DNA of 64,000 nt from an uncultured bacterium (GTDB taxonomy: Bacteria > Hydrothermota > Hydrothermia > UBA1063 > CAJXJZ01): contig CAJXJZ010000005.1 of NCBI GenBank assembly GCA_913055745.1, forward strand, positions 1,079 through 65,078. Direction: 5' to 3'. The first letter of the stretch is position 1. The number at the start of each line of letters is the position of its first letter. Made by a program: the position numbers and the translations under genes. The notes below the pieces were generated by a model. That model searched no databases. It was given only the letters and a program-made list of their open reading frames with translations, and was not told the origin of the DNA. This document shows positions 40,820-49,606 of this stretch, piece by piece.

Positions 40820-41188
40820 TCATGGCAAAACTTCTTTAAACTTCTTTGCAAATTTAGACATGAGGACCTTAGCAATGCCCCAGTTCCCCTGCTTGGTGAG
40901 GACAACGCAATGCATATAGTTTGTCTCTGGAATCATCCGAATAACAATAAAGTTTGTATCAGTTGTAAGAAGAATATCCTCTGCTTTACCAAAATTAGAA
41001 TTCTCTGTTGCCATCATGCCCTTTCTTGCCACCTCTGTCATAAAGGCTACAGGAATAGTTATATCTATAGACTCATCTGTGGAATAGCCTGTAACAGGTG
41101 TAGCATCATCCATAGATACTATTGTGGAGAAAACTATTTCATCCACTTGTTCCACAAATTCATTCATTACATCATCTATCTTAGCCAT
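40820..41188 (-). CDS. Roadblock/LC7 (MglB-like) domain protein
   Basis: 122 aa with an alpha-beta-beta-alpha-beta-beta Roadblock-like pattern. 2-nt gap after pilT. Confidence 0.65.
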   Translation of the reverse strand: MAKIDDVMNEFVEQVDEIVFSTIVSMDDATPVTGYSTDESIDITIPVAFMTEVARKGMMATENSNFGKAEDILLTTDTNFIVIRMIPETNYMHCVVLTKQGNWGIAKVLMSKFAKKFKEVLP

Positions 41189-41190
41189 AC

Positions 41191-42345
41191 TTACCCTCCT
41201 ATTTTTCTTCTTTCCCTTAATTCTCTTAACGCCCTTCTTTCAAAGAGCTCCCAGTTTCTACCCTCTTCCCCACTCTGTATCCCCTTCATGCGGAGTTCAA
41301 GGGTGTCTCTTTGGGTAGAAAATTCAAGTGCTGTTTCTTTTGAAATGACCTCTTTTTTCCAAAGATAAAAAAGAGACTGATCAATGGTTTGCATACCATA
41401 AGGTACAAAGCCATCTGCTATGGCATCATGTATTTCATCTGTTCTTGTAGGGTCTTTAATTAATTCAGAAACCCTTGCAGTATTGACCATTATCTCAGCA
41501 GCAGGAATGAGCCCTAATACATCGCTTCTTGGAACAAGTCGTTGTGCAATCGTTGCTCTAAGAACAGTTGCAAGTTGTAACCTTACCTGGTCCTGCTGAT
41601 GTGGTGGAAAGATAGAAACGTATCTGTTAATGGTTTCTCTTGCATCAAGGGTATGCAAAGTGGAAAACACGAGATGCCCTGTTTCCGCAGCCAGAAGGGC
41701 TGTTTGCGCAGTCTCCAAATCCCTTATCTCTCCCACCATGATTACATTGGGGTCCTGCCTTAATGCTTCTTTGAGACCAGATGCAAAACTCTTCGTATCA
41801 ATACCAATTTCCCTCTGCACTATATAAGCCTTGTCGTCGGTAAGTTCATATTCTATTGGGTCTTCAATGGTTATAATTGTACATGTACGGTTTTTATTTA
41901 TATGGGATAGCATTGCAGCCAATGTCGTTGATTTCCCTGAGCCTGCAACACCTGTTACAAGTATCAACCCTCTTTTTGAAAGAGCCAGTTTTTCCAATAC
42001 TCTTGGTAGATTAAGTTCCCTAACACTCTTTATAAATGCAGGTATAAGTCTTATAGCAATTGCCCACTCATTACGCTGTTTGAAGATATTTATCCTATGT
42101 CTGCCTACACCCTCAATAACGAACGCCACATCAAGACTAAGTTCACGCTTAAGTCGCTCTTCCTGCTCCGGTGTAATTATGGATTCAATAATGAACTCCA
42201 TATCATCCTTAGTGACATTCCCATAATCATACTGTGGGTACAAACTGCCATGTACTCTAAAAACGGGCTCCCTGCCCACTTTTAGATGGACATCTGACAC
42301 CTCTTTATCGCGTGCCTCTCTTAATAAGCGTTCAAGTTCAATCAT
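41191..42345 (-). CDS. pilT: Type IV pilus retraction ATPase PilT (twitching motility protein) with ~40-aa charged C-terminal extension
   Basis: Walker A GVTGVAGSGKSTTLAAM, Asp box, Walker B GEIRDLETA, His box HLVFSTLHT. About 384 aa against the ~345 typical. Confidence 0.85.
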   Translation of the reverse strand: MIELERLLREARDKEVSDVHLKVGREPVFRVHGSLYPQYDYGNVTKDDMEFIIESIITPEQEERLKRELSLDVAFVIEGVGRHRINIFKQRNEWAIAIRLIPAFIKSVRELNLPRVLEKLALSKRGLILVTGVAGSGKSTTLAAMLSHINKNRTCTIITIEDPIEYELTDDKAYIVQREIGIDTKSFASGLKEALRQDPNVIMVGEIRDLETAQTALLAAETGHLVFSTLHTLDARETINRYVSIFPPHQQDQVRLQLATVLRATIAQRLVPRSDVLGLIPAAEIMVNTARVSELIKDPTRTDEIHDAIADGFVPYGMQTIDQSLFYLWKKEVISKETALEFSTQRDTLELRMKGIQSGEEGRNWELFERRALRELRERRKIGG

Positions 42346-42526
42346 TCTTCGTCTTTACAACTACCACAGGTTTCCCTGCATAATACCCACAGCTTTTACA
42401 AACCCTATGTGGTTCCATTGGCGCACCACAGTTTGGGCATTTAATATACTGAGGTACTCTAAACTTATAATGGGTTCTCCTCTTTCTTGACCTCATCCTT
42501 GAGTGCTTTCCCGCTGGTACAGGCAT
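42338..42526 (-). CDS. rpmF: 50S ribosomal protein L32
   Basis: 62 aa with KHSRMRSRKRRTHYK and the CxxC...CxxC zinc ribbon (CPNCGAP...CKSCGYY). Overlaps the pilT start by 8 nt. Confidence 0.8.
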   Translation of the reverse strand: MPVPAGKHSRMRSRKRRTHYKFRVPQYIKCPNCGAPMEPHRVCKSCGYYAGKPVVVVKTKND

Positions 42527-42612
42527 ATTTATTCCTCCTCTCTTATAAAGTTATTCAATTATAAGTCCTACTTCTCGGATTTTCAACAGATACCAATTAT
42601 AATATAAATATA

Positions 42613-43305
42613 ATGAAATACATTGAAGTAAAGCATTTATCCAAAAGGTATGGACAAAAAATAGCATTAAAAGATGTCTCTTTATCATTTGAAGAGGGTA
42701 AGATATATGGTGTTTTAGGGCCAAATGGAATGGGAAAATCTACCCTTTTAAAAATAGTAGCAGGTGTTATAAGACCAACATCAGGTAAAGTCGTTTTAAA
42801 AGACAATGAAAAGACACTTAATATAAGAGAATTTGTATCCTTTTCTCCAGAAAATTATGGCCTTTATGAAAACATGAGGGTATATGAGTTTCTAAGATTT
42901 CTATCCCGTGTGGTTTCTCGCTGGTCTAAGGAAAAGGAGGATATGCTCTGCAAGATGCTTGATATACCTATTAAAGAAAAAATTGTCAATCTTTCTCAGG
43001 GTTTTAAGGCAAGGCTTAGGGTGCTTTCTGCCCTTTCAAAAGAGTCCACCTTCTATTTTTTAGACGAACCCTTTTCTGGAATTGACCCAACATCAAGGCA
43101 CAGAATAAAAGAGGTAATAAAAAAAGGTTTCAAAGATGGCGGTGCTTTTATTATTACCTCCCATCTTATAAGTGAGATTGAGAAACTCTTTGATTATGTA
43201 TATTTTATTGATAGGGGCGAGATCACGCTCTATGGCAAGGCTGATGAACTTAGAGAAAAATACAAAACTAGCATAGAAGGCATTTATATAAGGACATTCA
43301 GATGA
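42613..43305 (+). CDS. ABC transporter ATP-binding protein
   Basis: Walker A GPNGMGKST, signature LSQGFKARL, Walker B FYFLDEP. Confidence 0.85.
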   Translation: MKYIEVKHLSKRYGQKIALKDVSLSFEEGKIYGVLGPNGMGKSTLLKIVAGVIRPTSGKVVLKDNEKTLNIREFVSFSPENYGLYENMRVYEFLRFLSRVVSRWSKEKEDMLCKMLDIPIKEKIVNLSQGFKARLRVLSALSKESTFYFLDEPFSGIDPTSRHRIKEVIKKGFKDGGAFIITSHLISEIEKLFDYVYFIDRGEITLYGKADELREKYKTSIEGIYIRTFR

Positions 43306-44009
43306 ATATAAAGAGGGTATTTTATATTACAAATCGTATTTTATCAGACGAAAAGGGCAGCATTCTGTCTTTTTCCCTTGCATTCCTTATACCTTTAGGC
43401 CTTGTTGTATTCATTAAATCTGGTTTTATTAGAAACACCTCTCTTCTTCTCATAGGTATGCCGTTTGCGTTTTATCCCCTGTTCTTTCTCTTAAGAGGCA
43501 TTTCTATAACAAAGAAAGAATGGGCGCGACATGTGGTCTATATCTATAAAACAAATCCAATTACCCCATTGGAGTACGAGTCTTCATACCTTTTCTATTT
43601 TATCATTGAATCACTGTATTTTACTGCCGTTCCTATTTTACTTTTACATATTTTATCACACCACTATAAAACAATGCTTATGTTCTCTCTCTCCTATGGC
43701 ACATTTTTTGTTTATCTCCCGCTTTTTATTCTCTCCCTCTTGGCAGGTAGGTTCCTATACCTTCTATCACGCTCTATATACCAAAAGAGAAATACCATAT
43801 CGTTTTTTACAGGCATTATCGGTATTATTGTTTTTATGCGAATATATTACATAACCAAAAGATTTATCCCTTCACCCTTTAAATTAAAGGTAATAATAGA
43901 TACTGTCCATGTATACCACTTAGGCAGCTTTTCCTTTGTTTATTCACTTTTGTGGCTTTTGGTGGTATTTATACTAAACATGTATATGTGGAAGATGTCA
44001 GAAGGATAG
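43302..44009 (+). CDS. Polytopic membrane protein, likely ABC-2-type permease partner
   Basis: Six predicted TM helices. 4-nt overlap with the ATPase gene. Confidence 0.5.
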   Translation: MNIKRVFYITNRILSDEKGSILSFSLAFLIPLGLVVFIKSGFIRNTSLLLIGMPFAFYPLFFLLRGISITKKEWARHVVYIYKTNPITPLEYESSYLFYFIIESLYFTAVPILLLHILSHHYKTMLMFSLSYGTFFVYLPLFILSLLAGRFLYLLSRSIYQKRNTISFFTGIIGIIVFMRIYYITKRFIPSPFKLKVIIDTVHVYHLGSFSFVYSLLWLLVVFILNMYMWKMSEG

Positions 44010-44019
44010 GAGGTGTAAA

Positions 44020-44802
44020 ATGTTGGGATACATATTGGCAATATTTGGACTTGTGAGGATAAACCTCTCCATAACACCCTCCAATATGAAAGACCTTGAA
44101 ATAAACTGTGTTGGAAAATGCACTGTCCACACAGTAAGAGGGAAAGATATAACACTCAAAGCAGAACTTCCTGATTCAATAAAACACCTTTTCGGTCTTA
44201 AAAAGGAAGATGATAAAACAGTATGTGGCATCGTTGAAAACGAACTGGATATAACTCGCAAACATCTTAAAGGTATTTTCAAAGGCCTATCAGATTCCAT
44301 CCATGTTGATATAGGCATCCCTGAAAAAATATCATTTAAAGAGGTAGATTTAAACCTTGGTGCAACAAGAGGAACGGTTGAACTTAAAAAATATAAGATA
44401 AAGCATCTTGTAATAAATATGGGCGCAGGAAAGGCAGAAATTAAATTTCTAAAGAAAAACAAGGCAAAAAATGGATATTTGGAGATAAATACAGGTGCTG
44501 GTACTGTGAACCTTTTATCATGTGAAAATTTTAGGGCTGATACTATAAAAATGAATATAGGTGCTGCAAACGCGATGGTTGATTTTAATAGAAAACCGTA
44601 TATTACACCTTCCCATCTATTCATATCTCAAGCAGTATCAAGCAGTACCATTCTAATTCCAAAGAATACAACATGTGCTGTTGAACAAGAGGGTATATTA
44701 AACTTAAAGAGTTTTGATGCATGTAATGACACAGAACACCCTGATATTATCATTCATCTTGATGGTGCACTAAGTAGTATAAATGTGGTAAAGAAGAGAT
44801 GA
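44020..44802 (+). CDS. DUF4097/GIN-like beta-strand repeat protein (putative adhesin-head-like)
   Basis: AGGAGGTG RBS. Repeated G-x-G-x-V beta-strand units (NMGAGKAEIKF, INTGAGTVNL, MNIGAANAMVDF). Confidence 0.4.
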   Translation: MLGYILAIFGLVRINLSITPSNMKDLEINCVGKCTVHTVRGKDITLKAELPDSIKHLFGLKKEDDKTVCGIVENELDITRKHLKGIFKGLSDSIHVDIGIPEKISFKEVDLNLGATRGTVELKKYKIKHLVINMGAGKAEIKFLKKNKAKNGYLEINTGAGTVNLLSCENFRADTIKMNIGAANAMVDFNRKPYITPSHLFISQAVSSSTILIPKNTTCAVEQEGILNLKSFDACNDTEHPDIIIHLDGALSSINVVKKR

Positions 44803-45410
44803 AGAATAAGTTAGTCTTATTTATAGTGCTCTTTCTTTTATCCTGCGATGCTGGTACTGTGGAAATAAGGCTCTCCTCCATTTTTGAAACACAAAAATTT
44901 AATACTTCGGACTTAGAAGACAGCATAACACTCAATATCAAGGATACTTTGTATATTTACCTCGAAAAATCCAAGTTTGTTCTACAGAGCACGACAGAAG
45001 GCAAGAAGGTCTTAATAAAATTTCCCCATAATACCAAAATGCCTCGTATTTTAGGGGATACTCTATATTTGACCCATCGTTCTGTTATTTTTATACCAAA
45101 AACGATGAAGGTAGTTATAATCTCTCATGATGCTAAGGTTGAAATATACAGGGTAAATCTTGTAAAAGGGTATTTTGTAAATTCAGAACTCCTGCTTGAT
45201 ACAGGATGCAGTATAAATCCCATTATTTTAGAAAAATCTAAGGTGAACTTCAAGATACCATCCTTTTGTAAACTCAGGTACGAGCCTATTAAAGGCGCTT
45301 ACTTAAAGTCAAGTGTTAACATTTTATCTTTTAAGGTTTTGAAGTTCAAGGTGGATTCTGCAAAATTTTATTTGGAGGAAGAAACAGGTAAAAAGGAGGT
45401 GAAGTCATGA
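44799..45410 (+). CDS. Lipoprotein, hypothetical
   Basis: Signal peptide plus lipobox (LFLLSC). 4-nt overlap with the previous gene. Confidence 0.4.
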   Translation: MKNKLVLFIVLFLLSCDAGTVEIRLSSIFETQKFNTSDLEDSITLNIKDTLYIYLEKSKFVLQSTTEGKKVLIKFPHNTKMPRILGDTLYLTHRSVIFIPKTMKVVIISHDAKVEIYRVNLVKGYFVNSELLLDTGCSINPIILEKSKVNFKIPSFCKLRYEPIKGAYLKSSVNILSFKVLKFKVDSAKFYLEEETGKKEVKS

Positions 45411-45928
45411 ATATAGGTCTCTTGCTTTTTCTCATAACAGGACAGGGTGCAAAAAAACAAAAGGATACATTCAAGATTGAGATACCCGCATTTTTGGATA
45501 CAAAATACATACCATCAAAGTACACATGCGATGGCAAGGATGTATCACCTGAAATTGTATTTAAAAACATTCCAGAAAAGGCAAAGAGTATTGCCATTAT
45601 TGCAGATGATCCTGATGCTCCAATGGGAACATGGGTACATTGGGTGATATACAATATACCAAAGGATACCACACATCTAAAAGAGGGTTTTCCAGAGGGT
45701 ATGAAGGTAGGCAACATATGTCAAGGCATAAACGACTTTGGAAAGTACGCCTACGGTGGTCCTTGTCCTCCTTCTGGAGCGCATAGATACTTCTTTAAGG
45801 CATATGCACTTGATACAGTGTTTGACTGCCAAAAACATATGACCAAAAAAGACCTATTAAAACTCATGAAGGGCCACATCATAGCACAGGATACCCTGAT
45901 GAAGAGGTATAGGAGAATAAAAAGATAA
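45407..45928 (+). CDS. YbhB/YbcL family phosphatidylethanolamine-binding (PEBP/Raf-kinase-inhibitor-like) protein
   Basis: Conserved DPDAP, GTWVHWVIYNIP and PPSGAHRYFF blocks. Confidence 0.8.
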   Translation: MNIGLLLFLITGQGAKKQKDTFKIEIPAFLDTKYIPSKYTCDGKDVSPEIVFKNIPEKAKSIAIIADDPDAPMGTWVHWVIYNIPKDTTHLKEGFPEGMKVGNICQGINDFGKYAYGGPCPPSGAHRYFFKAYALDTVFDCQKHMTKKDLLKLMKGHIIAQDTLMKRYRRIKR

Positions 45929-45956
45929 GTTGCTTTGAAAATACTTGCCTCTCCAT

Positions 45957-45978
45957 ATCCTATATATTAAAATAGGAT
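45957..45978 (+). promoter_or_regulatory. Inverted repeat ATCCTAT-N8-ATAGGAT, candidate operator upstream of the xanthine-dehydrogenase-family operon
   Basis: Perfect 7-bp arms overlapping a tatatat -10-like element, 20 nt before the first gene's ATG. Confidence 0.3.
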
Positions 45979-45997
45979 TAAAATAAAGGGGTTTTTT

Positions 45998-46819
45998 ATG
46001 GGTGAACTATTGTGGTATTTTCCAGAAACAATAAAGGAACTTAAGGAGATAATCACAACATCGGTGGGTGTTGTGCCTCATAGTGGGGGAACAGGGCTCC
46101 TGAAGGGAGATGTTAGAAAATACAAGGGCCTTGTTGACCTTGGAAGGCTCCATATATCTAACATTGAAGAAAAGGATGACTTTGTAGAAATAGGTGCTAT
46201 GGCTACATATGGAGATATCTTAAGGTATTTTAAAGATAAAAACAACAACGCACTTTTGTATAAATCCCTTTTAAATGCCGCATCTTTCCCTCTTAGAAAT
46301 AGAATCACTATTGGAGGCAGTGTTGCATATTTCCCACCATGGACAGATGTTATGGGACCTTTGTTTGCGCTTTCTGCACAGGTTTATCTTACAGGTGAAA
46401 AAGAGGGGTGGTACAGCATTCTTGACTATGCTACAAATAGAGAACTTCACAAAAAGACTGTGGTTTTGAAGATACGATATAAAAAAGATGTAGATACAGG
46501 CCGCTCTGCACACTACAGGGCCAAAAGGACGCAGATTGACCACCCTGCATTTACCATTACATTGCTCCTTTATGTAAGGGATGAGAGGGTGCATAGTGCC
46601 TCTTTCTATGTGGTAGGCACAAAGGATAAATTTAAGAGGCTCAATGTACTTGAAAAACAGGTTATAGGGAAGAATGTAAAAGAAATAGACCCAGAATCTA
46701 TGAGCCTTGATGAGGTTGAGTTCTATGGGAAGGTTCAGTTTAGCCCAGAGTATCAAAAAACGCTATTTATCACAGAGGTTAAAAGAAAACTAAGAGATAT
46801 TTTGGAGACATTAAAATGA
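45998..46819 (+). CDS. Xanthine dehydrogenase family FAD-binding (medium, CoxM/XdhB-like) subunit, copy 1
   Basis: FAD-binding PCMH-type N-terminus (VVPHSGGTGLL, RNRITIGGSVAY) and CO-dehydrogenase flavoprotein C-terminal region. Confidence 0.7.
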   Translation: MGELLWYFPETIKELKEIITTSVGVVPHSGGTGLLKGDVRKYKGLVDLGRLHISNIEEKDDFVEIGAMATYGDILRYFKDKNNNALLYKSLLNAASFPLRNRITIGGSVAYFPPWTDVMGPLFALSAQVYLTGEKEGWYSILDYATNRELHKKTVVLKIRYKKDVDTGRSAHYRAKRTQIDHPAFTITLLLYVRDERVHSASFYVVGTKDKFKRLNVLEKQVIGKNVKEIDPESMSLDEVEFYGKVQFSPEYQKTLFITEVKRKLRDILETLK

Positions 46820-47286
46820 AGGGTATTTTTATTATAAATAGCGAGAAGAAGGAACTTGAATTTGAGCCTCATAAGAGGTTGCTTGATGTACTTAGGGAAA
46901 ACGGCTATACAGAGGTCAAGGAAGGATGTAGAGAAGGAGAATGCGGTGCATGTGTCGTGTTATTGGATGGAAGGCCTGTAAACTCATGTCAGGTGCTTGC
47001 AGCATCTGTTATGGAGAGGGAGATAACAACATCCAAAGGGATTGGCAGTTTGCATAATCCTCATCCCATCCAGGAGGCATTTGCAGAGGCAGGTGCTGTC
47101 CAGTGTGGATTTTGCACACCAGGTATGGTTGTATCCACCTATGCATTACTTTCAGAAAATCCTACCCCTGATGATGAAGATATTAAATACGCCCTAAGTG
47201 GTAATATATGCCGTTGCACAGGGTATGTAAAGATAATAAAGGCTGTAAAACTCGCATCAAAAAAGGTGAAGGAAAATGGGAAATAG
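46816..47286 (+). CDS. (2Fe-2S)-binding small subunit (CoxS/XdhC-type), copy 1
   Basis: CREGECGACVVLLDG and QCGFCTPGMV cysteine motifs. Confidence 0.85.
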   Translation: MKGIFIINSEKKELEFEPHKRLLDVLRENGYTEVKEGCREGECGACVVLLDGRPVNSCQVLAASVMEREITTSKGIGSLHNPHPIQEAFAEAGAVQCGFCTPGMVVSTYALLSENPTPDDEDIKYALSGNICRCTGYVKIIKAVKLASKKVKENGK

Positions 47287-49606
47287 AGAATTCAAGGTTG
47301 TTGGAAAAAGCGTTAAAAAGATTGACGCCCTATCACTTGCAATAGGAGAGGCAAAATACACAGCAGATATTAACCTACCCAATATGCTACACATCGCCTT
47401 TTTATACTCTCCATACCCACATGCAGAGATAGTTGAAATAGATACGAAAGAGGCAGAAAAAACGCCAGGTGTTGTTCTTGTTTTAACATATAAGGATGTG
47501 CCGAATACACTCCATACCACAGCAGGTCAAGGGTATCCAGAGCCATCCCCCTATGATACACGCATATTGGATAAAAGGGTTAGATATGTTGGGGATAGAG
47601 TTGCCATCATTGCAGCAGAAACAAAAGAAATCGCCGAAGAGGCAAAGAAAAAGATAAAGGTTAAATACAGAGAACTTCCATACAACATAGATCCAGAGAA
47701 GGCAAAAGAGAGCGAAAGGATACCCCCCGAGGGTGCATATCATCTTCTGCCCACTATTTATGAGCCAGAAAAAAACATTGCAGCAGGCATCACGCTTTCT
47801 GTTGGAGATGTGGAGAAGGGATTTTCAGAATCTGATAAGGTTTTTGAAGATAGGTTTGAGATACATTATGCAAATCATGCAGCATTGGAGCCACATGCAG
47901 CATTGGCATTTTACGATGAGAGGGGAAGGCTCAACATTGTATCCACGACACAGGTTCCATTCCATGCAAGGAGGATCACATCCAGGGTACTTGGCATTCC
48001 AGTTAAGGACATAAGGGTCATAAAACCACGCATTGGGGGTGGGTTTGGCGGAAAGCAAGAGGTCTTCCTTGAACAGGTTGTAGGTCTTGTAACATACAAG
48101 ACAAAGAGGCCATCAAAGGTCGTTCTATCACGAAAGGAGGTATTCATATCAACACGAACAAGACATCCCATGATCACATGGTATAAGGCAGGAGTTAAAA
48201 AGGATACAAAAGAGATACATGCACTCAGACTAAAGGCCCTTATGAACGCAGGTGCCTATGGACCACATGCCCTTACAGTAATGGCTAATGCAGGCTCAAA
48301 GGTCCTCCCATTGTTTAATAAAATAAAACATCTCCAATTTGAGGGGTTTTCTGTATATACAAACCTTCCAGTGGGAGGTGCATACAGGGGTTATGGTGCA
48401 ACACAAGGGTATTTTGGCTTCAATGTAATGCTGGATATGATAGCAGAAGAATTGGGCATTGATGTGCTTGAATTCTTTAAAAAAGGACATATTAAAAAGG
48501 GTGAGACATCCCCCATCTTTGAAAAACTTGGAGAAGGGAAGGAAGGCGTCTCGCAAATAATTCGCTCCTGCGCACTTTCAGAATGCATAGAAAAAGGCAG
48601 CAAGGCAATAAAATGGCATGAAAAGAGAAGAAAGAAAATAAGAAAAGGCGATAAGGTAAGGGGTGTAGGCGCTGCCATCTTAATGCAAGGCTCTGGCATC
48701 CCAAAGATTGATATGGGAGCAGCATACATGAAGATGAATGAAGATGGTTCCTTCAATCTTCATATAGGTGCAACAGATTTAGGCACAGGTTCTGACACCA
48801 TCTTAGCACAAATAGCAGCAGAGGAGATAGGCACATCCATAGACAAAATCATCGTATATTCCTCTGATACTGATTTTACGCCATTTGATGTAGGCGCCTA
48901 TGCATCAAGCACAACATACATCTCAGGTGGCGCTGTTTTAAAATGCGCAAGGAAGATAAAAGAAGAGATTTTAAAGGTTGCAGCCAATATGCTAAATGTA
49001 CCCCAGGATGCACTTTTCATAGAGGATGGCACTGTTTATACAAAGGATAGAACCCAAAGAGTGACATTTTCAGATATTGCCCTCTACTCCCTTTATTCAA
49101 AAGATCAGCATCAAATACAATCCGTTGCTTCAAATATTGGTCTTGAGTCGCCTCCTCCTTTTATGGCACAATTTGCAGAGGTTGAAGTGGATATAAAAAC
49201 AGGGAGGATTGATGTTGTAAAATTTGTCTCTGCAGTAGACTGTGGACAGCCCATAAACCCTGCACTTGTTGAAGGTCAGGTAGAAGGCGCTACAGTAAAT
49301 GGTATTGGATATGCCCTTTGGGAGGAGTATGTATTTGATAAAAAAGGCAGGATGCTAAACCCATCCTTCTGGGATTATAAAGTGCCTTCCATCATGGATA
49401 TCCCTGAGATGGAGGTCATTATCTGTAAAACCTATGAACCAACAGGGCCACATGGGGCAAAATCAGTGGCAGAGATTGGTATAAACGGACCTGTACCTGC
49501 CATATCCAATGCCGTTTATGATGCCATTGGCGTAAGGCTTAAGAAGTCTCCCTTTACTCCAGAGAGGGTGTTAAATGCCATAAAAGAGCAGGGACTTAAG
49601 TTATAA
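47276..49606 (+). CDS. Xanthine dehydrogenase/aldehyde oxidase family molybdopterin-binding large subunit, copy 1
   Basis: 776 aa with a/b hammerhead and Moco-binding blocks (GGGFGGK, AGAYGPH-like, GATDLGTGSDT, VAEIGINGP). Confidence 0.85.
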   Translation: MGNREFKVVGKSVKKIDALSLAIGEAKYTADINLPNMLHIAFLYSPYPHAEIVEIDTKEAEKTPGVVLVLTYKDVPNTLHTTAGQGYPEPSPYDTRILDKRVRYVGDRVAIIAAETKEIAEEAKKKIKVKYRELPYNIDPEKAKESERIPPEGAYHLLPTIYEPEKNIAAGITLSVGDVEKGFSESDKVFEDRFEIHYANHAALEPHAALAFYDERGRLNIVSTTQVPFHARRITSRVLGIPVKDIRVIKPRIGGGFGGKQEVFLEQVVGLVTYKTKRPSKVVLSRKEVFISTRTRHPMITWYKAGVKKDTKEIHALRLKALMNAGAYGPHALTVMANAGSKVLPLFNKIKHLQFEGFSVYTNLPVGGAYRGYGATQGYFGFNVMLDMIAEELGIDVLEFFKKGHIKKGETSPIFEKLGEGKEGVSQIIRSCALSECIEKGSKAIKWHEKRRKKIRKGDKVRGVGAAILMQGSGIPKIDMGAAYMKMNEDGSFNLHIGATDLGTGSDTILAQIAAEEIGTSIDKIIVYSSDTDFTPFDVGAYASSTTYISGGAVLKCARKIKEEILKVAANMLNVPQDALFIEDGTVYTKDRTQRVTFSDIALYSLYSKDQHQIQSVASNIGLESPPPFMAQFAEVEVDIKTGRIDVVKFVSAVDCGQPINPALVEGQVEGATVNGIGYALWEEYVFDKKGRMLNPSFWDYKVPSIMDIPEMEVIICKTYEPTGPHGAKSVAEIGINGPVPAISNAVYDAIGVRLKKSPFTPERVLNAIKEQGLKL

